DNA of 34,177 nucleotides from an uncultured Bacteroidaceae bacterium (GTDB taxonomy: Bacteria > Bacteroidota > Bacteroidia > Bacteroidales > JAFGXI01). Positions 19,429 through 28,446 of the stretch are shown piece by piece; within the stretch, counting starts at the first letter, position 1, and each line of letters starts with the position of its first letter. Below the pieces are notes generated by a model. That model was given only the letters and a program-made list of their open reading frames with translations, was not told the DNA's origin and ran no database searches. The stretch lies in the NCBI GenBank assembly GCA_964603745.1, contig CAZRWZ010000003.1:1-34177 (forward strand), read 5' to 3'. A program made the translations under genes and the position numbers.

Positions 19429-22209
19429 TTATTTGTTATCAGAAATCTCAATCAACTTTTCAAGTTGCTGAATTCTATATTCTAATTCGTTAATTTTCTT
19501 TTCGTTATGAGATAGTGTAAAATTTTCAAAGAATACAGAAACTAATTTATGTTTAACACCGTTAATCATTTTTGTTTCAGTTTTCCAATTCACGGGTTCT
19601 GCAACACGTGCAATAATATTTGCAACTTCGTATTTTCCAACATCTTTAGTTGCATGTCCTTTTACAGATGATGAAATAAGATAATCACCAATTTGTAAAT
19701 TTTCGCCATTATCAACAATCCACATAGAACCATTTCCTACTGCCATAACTAAATCAGATTTTCTTGTGCTGTTAATTTCTTGTTTGCCAAAGTAAGAACC
19801 TATAATATTTGAAGAATTTTCTTTTTGGCTAACAGTACCTCCATAAATAATTTCACCTGTTTTATTATCATTATCAATATATTCGTTGTTTCCTGTTAGG
19901 CTAATCAACATACCTTCTTCAACATTTTCATTAATATTAACTAAGTGAGAACCTGTAAAAGTTCCGTATGTTAGTATTCCTGTATTATTTACAGATATAC
20001 TTCCTGTTAAAGAAGGAAATCCTACGGCATGTGTTTTAGAATAAAATTCTACTAAAGTACCTGCACCACCTGTTCCTTGAGGAGTCATTAATGTAAAACG
20101 TGCTGCGGCTTCACTTTGTCCTATTACATGTAAACTTCTTTTTGGAGACATTGTTCCAATACCAACATTACCTCCCATTATTGCCATAACACTATCATCA
20201 GTAACAATATAGCCCGAATTGTCTAAAGCAATACCAAACGAATAAGTTCCATTAACAACTATATTATTACCAAAAACTGTTGAATATGCTCCATCGGCAA
20301 CAGTTGCTGAGCCAAAAGATGTTGAATAATTACCAGAAGCAACAGTTGCTGCACCAAAAGCAGTAGATGATACTCCAGAAGCAGTAGTATTCACACCAAA
20401 TGAAGTAGCAAAATATGCTTCAGCATTTGTATTATATCCGAATGCAAATGCACTAAAAGCACTAGCAGTATCTTTAGATCCAAAAGTAAATGATACATCT
20501 CCACTAGAACGATTTAACATTCCAATTGAAAATGCTGCTTGCCCACTAGCTATAACAGAATCTCCAATAGCGAAAGCACCTCTGTTGGTTGCTTCGGAGT
20601 AAACACCAAAAGCAAAAGAGCCATCGCTTGATGAAATATTTCCTGCACCAAAAGCAAAAGAGCCATAACCTGTTGCTTCATTTATATAACCAAATGAAAA
20701 AGCACCAATTCCCGAAGAATTATTTCTTGCTCCAATTGCATAAGATCCTTTAGCATATGTGTGATTATCTAAACCTATTGCAGCAGAATACTGTCCATGT
20801 GTTGACGAACCAACTCCCATTGCAATAGAGAATTTAGCATAAGTTGTATCGTATAAACCCGATGCGAATGAATATGAACCTAAAGCTGCAACATTAGAAC
20901 CAAAAGCAATACAGCCAATAGAATCAGTTCTTGCTCCAAAGCCAAATGCTAAAGAATAGTCGCCTTTAGCAATAGTTCTGTTAGATGTTGATAAACCTGT
21001 AATTGTATCAAATCCGCATGTTCCAAAAGCATAAGATGCATGGCCACCGGCATAAGTAGAATCTCCAAATGCCATAGAATTATCTCCTACTGCATTAGAG
21101 TGTATTCCTATTGATGTTGAGTTAAAACCTGCGGCTCTTGCTTGATATCCCATTGCTTGAGAGTAATCGCCTTTAGATTTACTTTCAAAACCTGCTGCAA
21201 ATGAGTTAAATCCAATACTGTCTCGGTGTTCTATTAAAACTTTTCCCACAAGAAATGCTTCTTTAAAGGGATACCACATTACACGAGCTTGGCTAGGGTT
21301 AATTATTTCGGTGGAGTCGCTTGCTCCAATATTAAAAAAGTCGTTTGATATAGATTTGTTTAATCTGTAGCCTCCTACTGCAAAACCTCCTTTATCGGTA
21401 TTTATTTTAGCTCCATCATCTTCTCTAATATAAATTCTAACACTATCGGGTGTAACTCTTAAATATTCGTTAGTCATTGATTTGTTTAATCTGTAACCTC
21501 CAACAGCAAAACCTCCTTTGTCGGTATTTATTTTTGATGCATTATCATCTACATAAATTCTAACACCTCCATCATAAACTGCAAAAATTGTTTGACCATT
21601 TTTGTTTTTAACTTCAAACAATGCTGAGTCGGGGTCAACATTTTCGTCTCCTTGAATTACCATCATTCCTGAAGGGGTGCTTGTTCCAACGCCAACCCAA
21701 CCATCGTTATAATATAAATTGCTATTATTTTGTTGCCACAAACCTGCATAATCTCCCATAAAAACTTGTCCTCCGTCTGTTAAATAGAGTGTGTCGTTAT
21801 GAAAATTTAATATTTGTTTTGTTTCAACATCTTTAGAATACATAGCAAAAGGTACGGCAACTAGAGTTGATGTACCCATTTCTATATAATTTGATCCTCC
21901 TGTTTCATCAAGTTCAGTTTTCAACGAATAATCTTCTAATTTCCAATTTATTGCCGAAAAATCATCGTTTGTTGTTCCTGTTCCAATATTTAGATTTACT
22001 AAGCCAAAATCATTAGTAGTTTTGTCAAAAGTTTCGGTATAAACAGTTGTTGAAGCTTGTAGAATACTCATTTTAAAAGAGACGTTTTGATTTGATAAAA
22101 TTGCCCCTGATGCATCTCTTACAACTGTTTGATATTTAAAACTATTTGGGAATTGAGCAAGTAAAAAAGTACTTACTAATAATGATAAAATAAATGTAAT
22201 TTTTTTCAT
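19429..22209 (-). CDS. Secreted surface protein with YadA-head-like (Hep_Hag-type) repeats and a C-terminal beta-rich domain plus coiled coil (tail-fibre-like architecture)
   Basis: ORF track, 926 aa. Signal peptide ...TFLLAQ|F. N-domain FKYQTVVRDASGAILSNQNVSFKMSILQ...LVAVPFAMYSKD. Tandem 42-aa duplication (KINTDKGGFAVGGYRLNKS...). About 330 aa of 14-residue-period repeats (SxAxGxxxxAxGxxS, e.g. AAFSIGMLNRSSGDVSFTFGSKDTASAFSAFAFGYNTNAEAYFATSFG). The C-terminal heptad segment is NELEYRIQQLEKLIE. Confidence 0.8.
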   Translation of the reverse strand: MKKITFILSLLVSTFLLAQFPNSFKYQTVVRDASGAILSNQNVSFKMSILQASTTVYTETFDKTTNDFGLVNLNIGTGTTNDDFSAINWKLEDYSLKTELDETGGSNYIEMGTSTLVAVPFAMYSKDVETKQILNFHNDTLYLTDGGQVFMGDYAGLWQQNNSNLYYNDGWVGVGTSTPSGMMVIQGDENVDPDSALFEVKNKNGQTIFAVYDGGVRIYVDDNASKINTDKGGFAVGGYRLNKSMTNEYLRVTPDSVRIYIREDDGAKINTDKGGFAVGGYRLNKSISNDFFNIGASDSTEIINPSQARVMWYPFKEAFLVGKVLIEHRDSIGFNSFAAGFESKSKGDYSQAMGYQARAAGFNSTSIGIHSNAVGDNSMAFGDSTYAGGHASYAFGTCGFDTITGLSTSNRTIAKGDYSLAFGFGARTDSIGCIAFGSNVAALGSYSFASGLYDTTYAKFSIAMGVGSSTHGQYSAAIGLDNHTYAKGSYAIGARNNSSGIGAFSFGYINEATGYGSFAFGAGNISSSDGSFAFGVYSEATNRGAFAIGDSVIASGQAAFSIGMLNRSSGDVSFTFGSKDTASAFSAFAFGYNTNAEAYFATSFGVNTTASGVSSTAFGAATVASGNYSTSFGSATVADGAYSTVFGNNIVVNGTYSFGIALDNSGYIVTDDSVMAIMGGNVGIGTMSPKRSLHVIGQSEAAARFTLMTPQGTGGAGTLVEFYSKTHAVGFPSLTGSISVNNTGILTYGTFTGSHLVNINENVEEGMLISLTGNNEYIDNDNKTGEIIYGGTVSQKENSSNIIGSYFGKQEINSTRKSDLVMAVGNGSMWIVDNGENLQIGDYLISSSVKGHATKDVGKYEVANIIARVAEPVNWKTETKMINGVKHKLVSVFFENFTLSHNEKKINELEYRIQQLEKLIEISDNK

Positions 22210-22294
22210 ATAATCTTGTTTTTAGTTTAAAAAAGCAAGTTACATTATTATTTTTTAAAATAAAAAGAAAATAAATATTTTTTATCAACTCGTC

Positions 22295-23344
22295 TTAAAT
22301 ATCTTGTAATATGTTAATCAGATTTTTTTCGGTATTTAAAATTTTTGTTTGTTCTACTTTTAATAATAAATCGGGTAAATTAAAAAATTCTTGATTTCCT
22401 GCAACAAAATATTTTTTATCGGATAGGTATTTTGCTAAATATTCTTGTTCTGTTTGTCCGGTTGTGGGTACTATTATAGCTTTTTTTTGTAGAAAAACAT
22501 AGTCCATAATGCTTGAGTATCCTGAGCGAGATATTAAAACTTCGGATTGTAGAATTAGTTTATTTAGCTCAACAGTATCAGCAAAAGCTATGTAATCTAT
22601 GTTTCCGAATTCAGATTTTTTTGCTTGATTGTTACCTCTAACAATTATTACGGCATTATTTGTATCGCCCAAACGAGTTTCTATAAACTGCTCGAAAATA
22701 GACCTTTGTGGCTCAGGTCCAGATAAAATTACAAGTATATCGTTGTTTATTTCTAAATTAAACTTTTTAAATTTGCTTAATATACCAATATATTTAAGCT
22801 TTTTAATATGTGTGTTTTTATGAGATAATTCCCCTGAAAAGTTATTGCTACCTTCTATATCAGGAATCCAACAAATATCAAATTTATTTATTAAATGTGT
22901 GTTTATTTTATTTAAGATATTTTCTAAAAATTTTATTTTTTTAGGAAGTAAAATATGTGTTTGATGAGTAATAAATATTGATTTTATTTTTTTATTATAA
23001 AATCCATACCTATTATCAGATATTATAATATCAATATTATGTTTTTTTATTAATTTTTCGGCCTGTTTATGCTCTTTTTTAATTGCAATAATAATTTTTG
23101 GAATTTGAGATAAAATAATCAAGTTTTGAGATTTTTTATAAGACAGTTTAATATTATATTGAACAATATCTTCAAAAATTAAATCGGGAAAACTAGAATA
23201 TAACAATTTTTTTTGCAAAGCATTTGCTGCAATAATAATATTATGCCCATTGTTTTTTAAAAATTCGATTATAGGAATAATTCTACTTGCGTGTCCCATT
23301 CCCCAATCTAAAGGGCTTATCAATATATTTTTTGTAGTTTTCAA
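22295..23344 (-). CDS. Glycosyltransferase (GT-B fold, GT28/MGT-like)
   Basis: ORF track, 349 aa. N-terminal ISPLDWGMGHASRIIPIIEFL (G-x-G-H loop of MurG/MGT-like enzymes). C-terminal SRSGYSSIMD...PTTGQTEQEYLA, which looks like a nucleotide-sugar binding region. Confidence 0.7.
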   Translation of the reverse strand: MKTTKNILISPLDWGMGHASRIIPIIEFLKNNGHNIIIAANALQKKLLYSSFPDLIFEDIVQYNIKLSYKKSQNLIILSQIPKIIIAIKKEHKQAEKLIKKHNIDIIISDNRYGFYNKKIKSIFITHQTHILLPKKIKFLENILNKINTHLINKFDICWIPDIEGSNNFSGELSHKNTHIKKLKYIGILSKFKKFNLEINNDILVILSGPEPQRSIFEQFIETRLGDTNNAVIIVRGNNQAKKSEFGNIDYIAFADTVELNKLILQSEVLISRSGYSSIMDYVFLQKKAIIVPTTGQTEQEYLAKYLSDKKYFVAGNQEFFNLPDLLLKVEQTKILNTEKNLINILQDI

Positions 23345-23421
23345 TAAAAAATGTTAATTATTGCCAATTATTATACTAATTAAGTAATTTTGTTCGAGAT
23401 AAAAAAATTATAAAAAATAAA

Positions 23422-24009
23422 ATGTCATTTTTTGGTTTATATTTCGATTTAGGAATTTTTCATATTCTCGATTTTGAGGCTTATGATCATATTCTATTTA
23501 TAATAACTTTGGTTGCCGTTTATTTTATTAAACAATGGCGACAAATATTAATTTTAGTAACAGCTTTTACTATTGGGCACGCTACAACATTGGTGCTATC
23601 AACATTAGATATTATACATGTAAACCCTGCTTATGTAGAATTTCTTATCCCAATAACAATTTTAATTACAAGTATTGCAAACATTTTAGTTAAAACAACA
23701 TCAGAAATTAACAAAAAACTTTATTATTCTAAATATGCTATTTCTGTAATATTTGGTTTAATTCATGGTTTGGGTTTTTCAAGTTATCTTAAAAGCATGC
23801 TAAGTGCTGCCGATGATTTAATAATGCCATTACTTGCATTTAACTTAGGTATTGAAGCAGGGCAGTTTATTGTAGTGTCAATAATTTTGATAATTTCTTA
23901 TGTATTCTTAAGTAAATTAAAAGTAACTCAACGAGAATGGAATATTTTTATTTCGGGAGCAGGTTTTGGGGTATCATTAATATTAGCTCTAGAAAGATGG
24001 CCTTTTTGA
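23422..24009 (+). CDS. HupE/UreJ-family membrane protein (putative Ni/Co transporter accessory)
   Basis: ORF track, 195 aa, 5-6 hydrophobic helices. N-terminal GIFHILDFEAYDHILFIITL matches the HupE_UreJ_2-type H-I-x-x-G-x-D-H-x-L-F signature. TGA stop. Confidence 0.7.
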   Translation: MSFFGLYFDLGIFHILDFEAYDHILFIITLVAVYFIKQWRQILILVTAFTIGHATTLVLSTLDIIHVNPAYVEFLIPITILITSIANILVKTTSEINKKLYYSKYAISVIFGLIHGLGFSSYLKSMLSAADDLIMPLLAFNLGIEAGQFIVVSIILIISYVFLSKLKVTQREWNIFISGAGFGVSLILALERWPF

Positions 24010-24150
24010 TTTCCATTGCAAACATAAAGTTTATTTACAAAGTGAAAGAATTACAAAAAACTCTTGAAGTAGGCTAACAGAGAGGAATGGTTAAGGATTT
24101 TAATCCTAAAAATCAGCATAAATCAAAGTCAAAAAAAAAAATCTAGAAGC

Positions 24151-24326
24151 TAAATGGTGTCTGTCTATAAAGTCCGATTTCTGCGTTGTTGCTCAAAATT
24201 TAAATCCTCAAACACCTTAGTATTCTGCAGTTTAAATTTCTCACACGCCCTCGAAATAAATCGGGACAGGCTTTGAACTCAAACTTTCTACACCAGATAC
24301 TTGACTTTATAGACAAGCACTAAATA
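24151..24326. repeat. REP-B copy 2 (inverted relative to copy 1, with a ~23-nt internal insertion)
   Basis: taaatggtgtctgtctataaagtc ... gactttatagacaagcactaaata. The interior aligns with the reverse complement of 13139-13275, apart from an extra ccctcgaaataaatcgggacagg. Confidence 0.8.
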
Positions 24327-24422
24327 CACTAAAGTACATTTTCTTACAATAAAAAAAAATTAGAAGCCCTCTTAAAACAATATATTTATTTAGATTTGTA
24401 TTAATTTATATTATCTAAGAAA

Positions 24423-27400
24423 ATGAAGTCAATAACAAATATATTTTCGTCTATAACTGCTGCTATGACACTAATAGTTGTGTATTTTATTAGTGCTGCT
24501 ATTGCCACATTTGTAGAAAACGATTTTGGTGTATCTGCCTCATCTTGGTTAGTTTACAAATCGAGTTGGTTTAATACTTTGCACATACTTTTAGTTATAA
24601 TAATGATTAGTGTAATCATTAAATACAAAATGTTTCAGCTAAAAAAACTTGGGGTCTTAGTTTTTCATATTGGTTTTGTGATAACAATTATTGGTGCGGG
24701 TTTAACCCGATTTATCGGATACGAAGGAACAATGCACATTAGAACAGGCGAAACATCTAATAAAATAATTACAAATCCTAGTTTTTTATTTACCCAAATA
24801 ACCCACAACGATTTACTTTATGTTAGCGAACTACCTGTAAAATTTAACAAATTAAAAAACCCAAGCCATACCGAAGAAATAAATTTTAAGGGAAAAAAAT
24901 TTAAACTTAAAATTACTGATTATATTGCAAATGCAGCAGAAAGAATTGCTAAAGATACAAACGGAGAAACCATTCTTTTATTTATGATTTCTGATGGCAT
25001 TTCTAACAACGAATTTTTTATTAAACAAGCTACAAGTAAAATATTAAACACGCAAAAATTTAGTTTTAATGATGGCAACGACCCCTCTGCAATACATATT
25101 CTTGACACTGATACCGGACTTATTGTAAGTAATCCATATCCAATGCATTACAGAAATATGAGCGATACTATTGAAGGAATAATTCCCGCAGGTGCAACCA
25201 CTAAATTCGTAAAAAATCGCTTATACGAATGGAATATGTATAAACTCGTAATAAAAGAAATTTATACTAATGCTAACACAATTGTTAAATCAAATAAAAA
25301 TACAAATCAATTTCCATTAGACGCAATTTCGGTTGAAATTAGTGATAAAAAAACCTCTAAACAATTTTATGTTTTTGGAAAAGAGCGATTTAAAGGCGAA
25401 CCTGTTATTTTTAGCATAAACGATTACAATTTTGAAGTATCTTACGGCTCAAAAGAAATTGAATTACCATTTAGTTTAACACTAAATAAATTTAGTTTAG
25501 AACGATATCCCGGGTCTATGAGCCCATCATCTTACGAAAGCAATGTAACACTTACCGATAAAGAAAATAACTATTCACACAAGTATAATATTTTTATGAA
25601 TAATGTATTGAATTACAGAGGATATCGTTTCTTTCAATCATCTTACGACCCCGACGAACACGGCACAATTCTATCTGTAAACAAAGATACTTTAGGAACA
25701 TATCTAACATATTTGGGATATATTTTGCTAACACTAGGAATGTTTATCACAATATTTAACAAAAATAGTCGCTATCGAAGTCTTGGTAAAAAACTAAAAG
25801 AAATGTCTAACAAAAAAGCTGCAATTTTAATTATTGGGCTTTTTGTTTCGTTTAGCGGATTTGCCCAAGAAAAAAGCAATTTGCCTGTAATAAATATTGA
25901 GCATTCCGATAAATTCGGACACTTGCAAGTACAAACACAGCAAGGTAGAATAGAGCCTATAAACACCCTATCAAACGAACTTTTACGCAAACTTTCTAAG
26001 CGTTCTACATACAAGGGTTTAAACTCCGATCAAGTTTTTATTAGTATGATTGTAGCTCCCGAAGCTTGGGCAAAAGAGCCGTTAATTAAAATTACTCACC
26101 CCGAGCTTATTAAAATGTTTAACGCAAAAGATAAACATATTGCATTAAGCGATGTTTTCGACATAAACAATAACTACAAAATTCAAAAATTAGTACAAAC
26201 TGCCTACGAAAAAAATAATTCTCGTCGCAATATGCTCGACAAAGACATTATTAAACTCGACGAAAAAGTTAATATACTTTATAATTGGTTAAATGGAAAT
26301 TATCTTACAATTTTTCCTAAACCATTTGATGAAAATAACAAATGGTATAATCTTAACAATGCAGGGCAAGTTTTTGTTGGCGAAGATTCTGCTTTTATTT
26401 ATAATGTTTTTCAGTTATATTACTCTGATTTACTGCAAGCTACAAAAACAAATTCTTGGGCAAAAGCCGACTCGTCTTTGGCATTTATAAATATGTATCA
26501 ACAAAAAGCCGGAGCCAATGTAATTTTATCTGAGAAAAAAATAAACTCCGAAATTCTTTACAACAAAGCAAGTATTTTTCGCCATTTGTTTGAGTTCTAT
26601 TTTATAATTGGCTTGATATATTTGGTATTTTTATTTGTTAAAATTTTATATCCTAAGCTAAAAACCAAATATCTCGATTACGGATTTTTTAGTATTATTC
26701 TAATAGCTTTTGTTTTTCATAACTCTGGTTTAATTTTACGATGGTATGTTTCGGGACACGCACCGTGGAGCAACGGATACGAAAGTATGATTTACATATC
26801 TTGGGCAACAATGCTTGCAGGTTTTATATATTACCGAAATTCTAAAATTGCCCTTGCAGCCACAACAGTTCTTGCCGGAATGGTGCTTTTGGTAGCACAT
26901 CTAAGTTGGATCGACCCACAAATTACAAATCTTGTTCCTGTGCTAAAATCGTATTGGCTTACAATTCACGTTTCGGTAATTACTGCAAGTTACGGATTTT
27001 TGGCACTTGGTGCTTTGCTCGGGTTTATTAATCTGATATTAATAATTTTTAAAAATGCTGAAAACAAAGAACATATAGATTTCAACATCAAAAAAATAAC
27101 TTATATAAATGAAATGTCGCTTACACTAGGCTTGTTTTTACTAACAATAGGCACTTTCCTTGGCGGAGTTTGGGCAAACGAAAGCTGGGGCAGATATTGG
27201 GGTTGGGACCCTAAAGAAACTTGGGCTTTAATTTCAATGTTGGTTTATGCTTTTGTAATCCATATGCGTTTTATTCCAGGTCTGCGCGGATTTTTCGCTT
27301 TCAATTTTGCAGCATTAATTAGTATTTCTTCTGTAATAATGACTTATTTTGGAGTAAACTATTACCTTTCGGGATTACATTCTTATGCTTCGGGCGACCC

Positions 27401-27545
27401 TGTGCCAATTCCTGCATTTGTTTTTTACAGTTTAGCTGTTGTTTTAGTGATTTCGCTTTTTGCGTTTATTAAAGATAAAAAAATCAATAATATTACCACA
27501 AGCAAACAAGATATAGCTAAAGAAACAAATAACAAACCTGACTAA
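24423..27545 (+). CDS. ccsBA: System II cytochrome c synthase, fused CcsB(ResB)-CcsA
   Basis: ORF track, 1040 aa. ResB-like part (ERYPGSMSPSSYESNVTL, NYRGYRFFQSSYD). CcsA part with the Trp-rich haem-handling motif WGRYWGWDPKETWALISMLVY and flanking conserved His residues. Confidence 0.9.
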   Translation: MKSITNIFSSITAAMTLIVVYFISAAIATFVENDFGVSASSWLVYKSSWFNTLHILLVIIMISVIIKYKMFQLKKLGVLVFHIGFVITIIGAGLTRFIGYEGTMHIRTGETSNKIITNPSFLFTQITHNDLLYVSELPVKFNKLKNPSHTEEINFKGKKFKLKITDYIANAAERIAKDTNGETILLFMISDGISNNEFFIKQATSKILNTQKFSFNDGNDPSAIHILDTDTGLIVSNPYPMHYRNMSDTIEGIIPAGATTKFVKNRLYEWNMYKLVIKEIYTNANTIVKSNKNTNQFPLDAISVEISDKKTSKQFYVFGKERFKGEPVIFSINDYNFEVSYGSKEIELPFSLTLNKFSLERYPGSMSPSSYESNVTLTDKENNYSHKYNIFMNNVLNYRGYRFFQSSYDPDEHGTILSVNKDTLGTYLTYLGYILLTLGMFITIFNKNSRYRSLGKKLKEMSNKKAAILIIGLFVSFSGFAQEKSNLPVINIEHSDKFGHLQVQTQQGRIEPINTLSNELLRKLSKRSTYKGLNSDQVFISMIVAPEAWAKEPLIKITHPELIKMFNAKDKHIALSDVFDINNNYKIQKLVQTAYEKNNSRRNMLDKDIIKLDEKVNILYNWLNGNYLTIFPKPFDENNKWYNLNNAGQVFVGEDSAFIYNVFQLYYSDLLQATKTNSWAKADSSLAFINMYQQKAGANVILSEKKINSEILYNKASIFRHLFEFYFIIGLIYLVFLFVKILYPKLKTKYLDYGFFSIILIAFVFHNSGLILRWYVSGHAPWSNGYESMIYISWATMLAGFIYYRNSKIALAATTVLAGMVLLVAHLSWIDPQITNLVPVLKSYWLTIHVSVITASYGFLALGALLGFINLILIIFKNAENKEHIDFNIKKITYINEMSLTLGLFLLTIGTFLGGVWANESWGRYWGWDPKETWALISMLVYAFVIHMRFIPGLRGFFAFNFAALISISSVIMTYFGVNYYLSGLHSYASGDPVPIPAFVFYSLAVVLVISLFAFIKDKKINNITTSKQDIAKETNNKPD

Positions 27546-27584
27546 AATTAAATATCTTTATTGAAATAAAAAAAACTAAGCTAT

Positions 27585-28424
27585 ATGAAATTAATTGCAG
27601 ATAGTGGCTCAACAAAAACAGAGTGGATTTTACTCGACAAAAAAACCAAAATATTTAATACAATTGGTTTAAATCCTGTTTTTGTAAATGCGGAAACTGT
27701 TGCTAAAACAATTCAGAATTCAGATATTTTTAATTTTAAAGATAAAATAAGCGAAGTGCATTTTTTTGGTGCCGGTTGTGGTTCGTTAGAACGTAACAAA
27801 ATTATTTATTCGGGTTTATCTGCAATTTTTAGAAATGCCAATATTTCGGTCGAAAATGATTTGCTTGGTGCAGGTATTGCAATGTTTAAAAACTCAGAAG
27901 GTATTATTGCAATTTTGGGTACAGGTTCTAACACAGGAGTATATAAAAACAAAACAATTATAGAAAATATAAATTCTTTAGGTTATATTTTAGGCGACGA
28001 AGGTAGCGGTGCAGTTATAGGAAAAAGCTTTTTAAAAGCTTTTTTAAACAAAGAATTGCCAAAAAATATTGAAGATAATTTTAATAAAACTTTTAATATC
28101 GGAATTAACGAAATAATTCAGAAAGTGTATAAAGAACCCTTTCCAAACAGGTTTTTAGCTTCGTTTATGCCTTTTATTCATGCAAATAAATCTGATGATT
28201 TTGTGCAAAATCTTTTATGCGATTGTTTTACAGATTTTTTTGAGAAAACAATTATTAAATATGAAAATTACCAAAATTATAAAATAAAAATTATTGGTTC
28301 TGTTGCACATTTTTTTAGCGATGAAATAAAAATTGCTGCAAAAAAATTAAATATTGAAATTACTGATATTGCTAAATCTCCTAGTGATGGGCTAATTTAT
28401 TTTTATGCAGAAAATAAAAATTAA
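27585..28424 (+). CDS. BadF/BadG/BcrA/BcrD-type ATPase, N-acetylglucosamine kinase-like
   Basis: ORF track, 279 aa. ADSGSTKTEW phosphate-1 motif, ILGTGSN, and GYILGDEGSGAVIG, typical of the ASKHA sugar-kinase fold. Confidence 0.8.
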   Translation: MKLIADSGSTKTEWILLDKKTKIFNTIGLNPVFVNAETVAKTIQNSDIFNFKDKISEVHFFGAGCGSLERNKIIYSGLSAIFRNANISVENDLLGAGIAMFKNSEGIIAILGTGSNTGVYKNKTIIENINSLGYILGDEGSGAVIGKSFLKAFLNKELPKNIEDNFNKTFNIGINEIIQKVYKEPFPNRFLASFMPFIHANKSDDFVQNLLCDCFTDFFEKTIIKYENYQNYKIKIIGSVAHFFSDEIKIAAKKLNIEITDIAKSPSDGLIYFYAENKN

Positions 28425-28446
28425 TTAGGGTCTGCAGTAAACCCTA
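28422..28446. terminator. Compact hairpin filling a 19-nt convergent gap (stem tagggt/acccta, 9-nt loop)
   Basis: TAATTAGGGTctgcagtaaACCCTA. The TAA stop of 27585..28424 starts the motif. The TAG stop of 28444..29682 (cta on the + strand) forms the last bases of the 3' stem arm. No long U run, so terminator function is uncertain. Confidence 0.4.

Noticed and set aside
24007-24027. TGA stop of the hupE-like gene as a second readthrough or Sec site
   Set aside because: Reading through adds only FPLQT before a TAA. There is no conserved domain continuation and no Cys-aligned context, so it looks like an ordinary TGA terminator.
24131-24141. A11 homopolymer (and A9 at 24350-24358) upstream of ccsBA as a phase-variation tract
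   Set aside because: Both lie about 65-290 nt upstream of the start, outside any identifiable -33/-7 spacer, and adjacent to or between repeat fragments. Homopolymers of this length are common in AT-rich intergenic DNA. With no population data there is no evidence of length variation.
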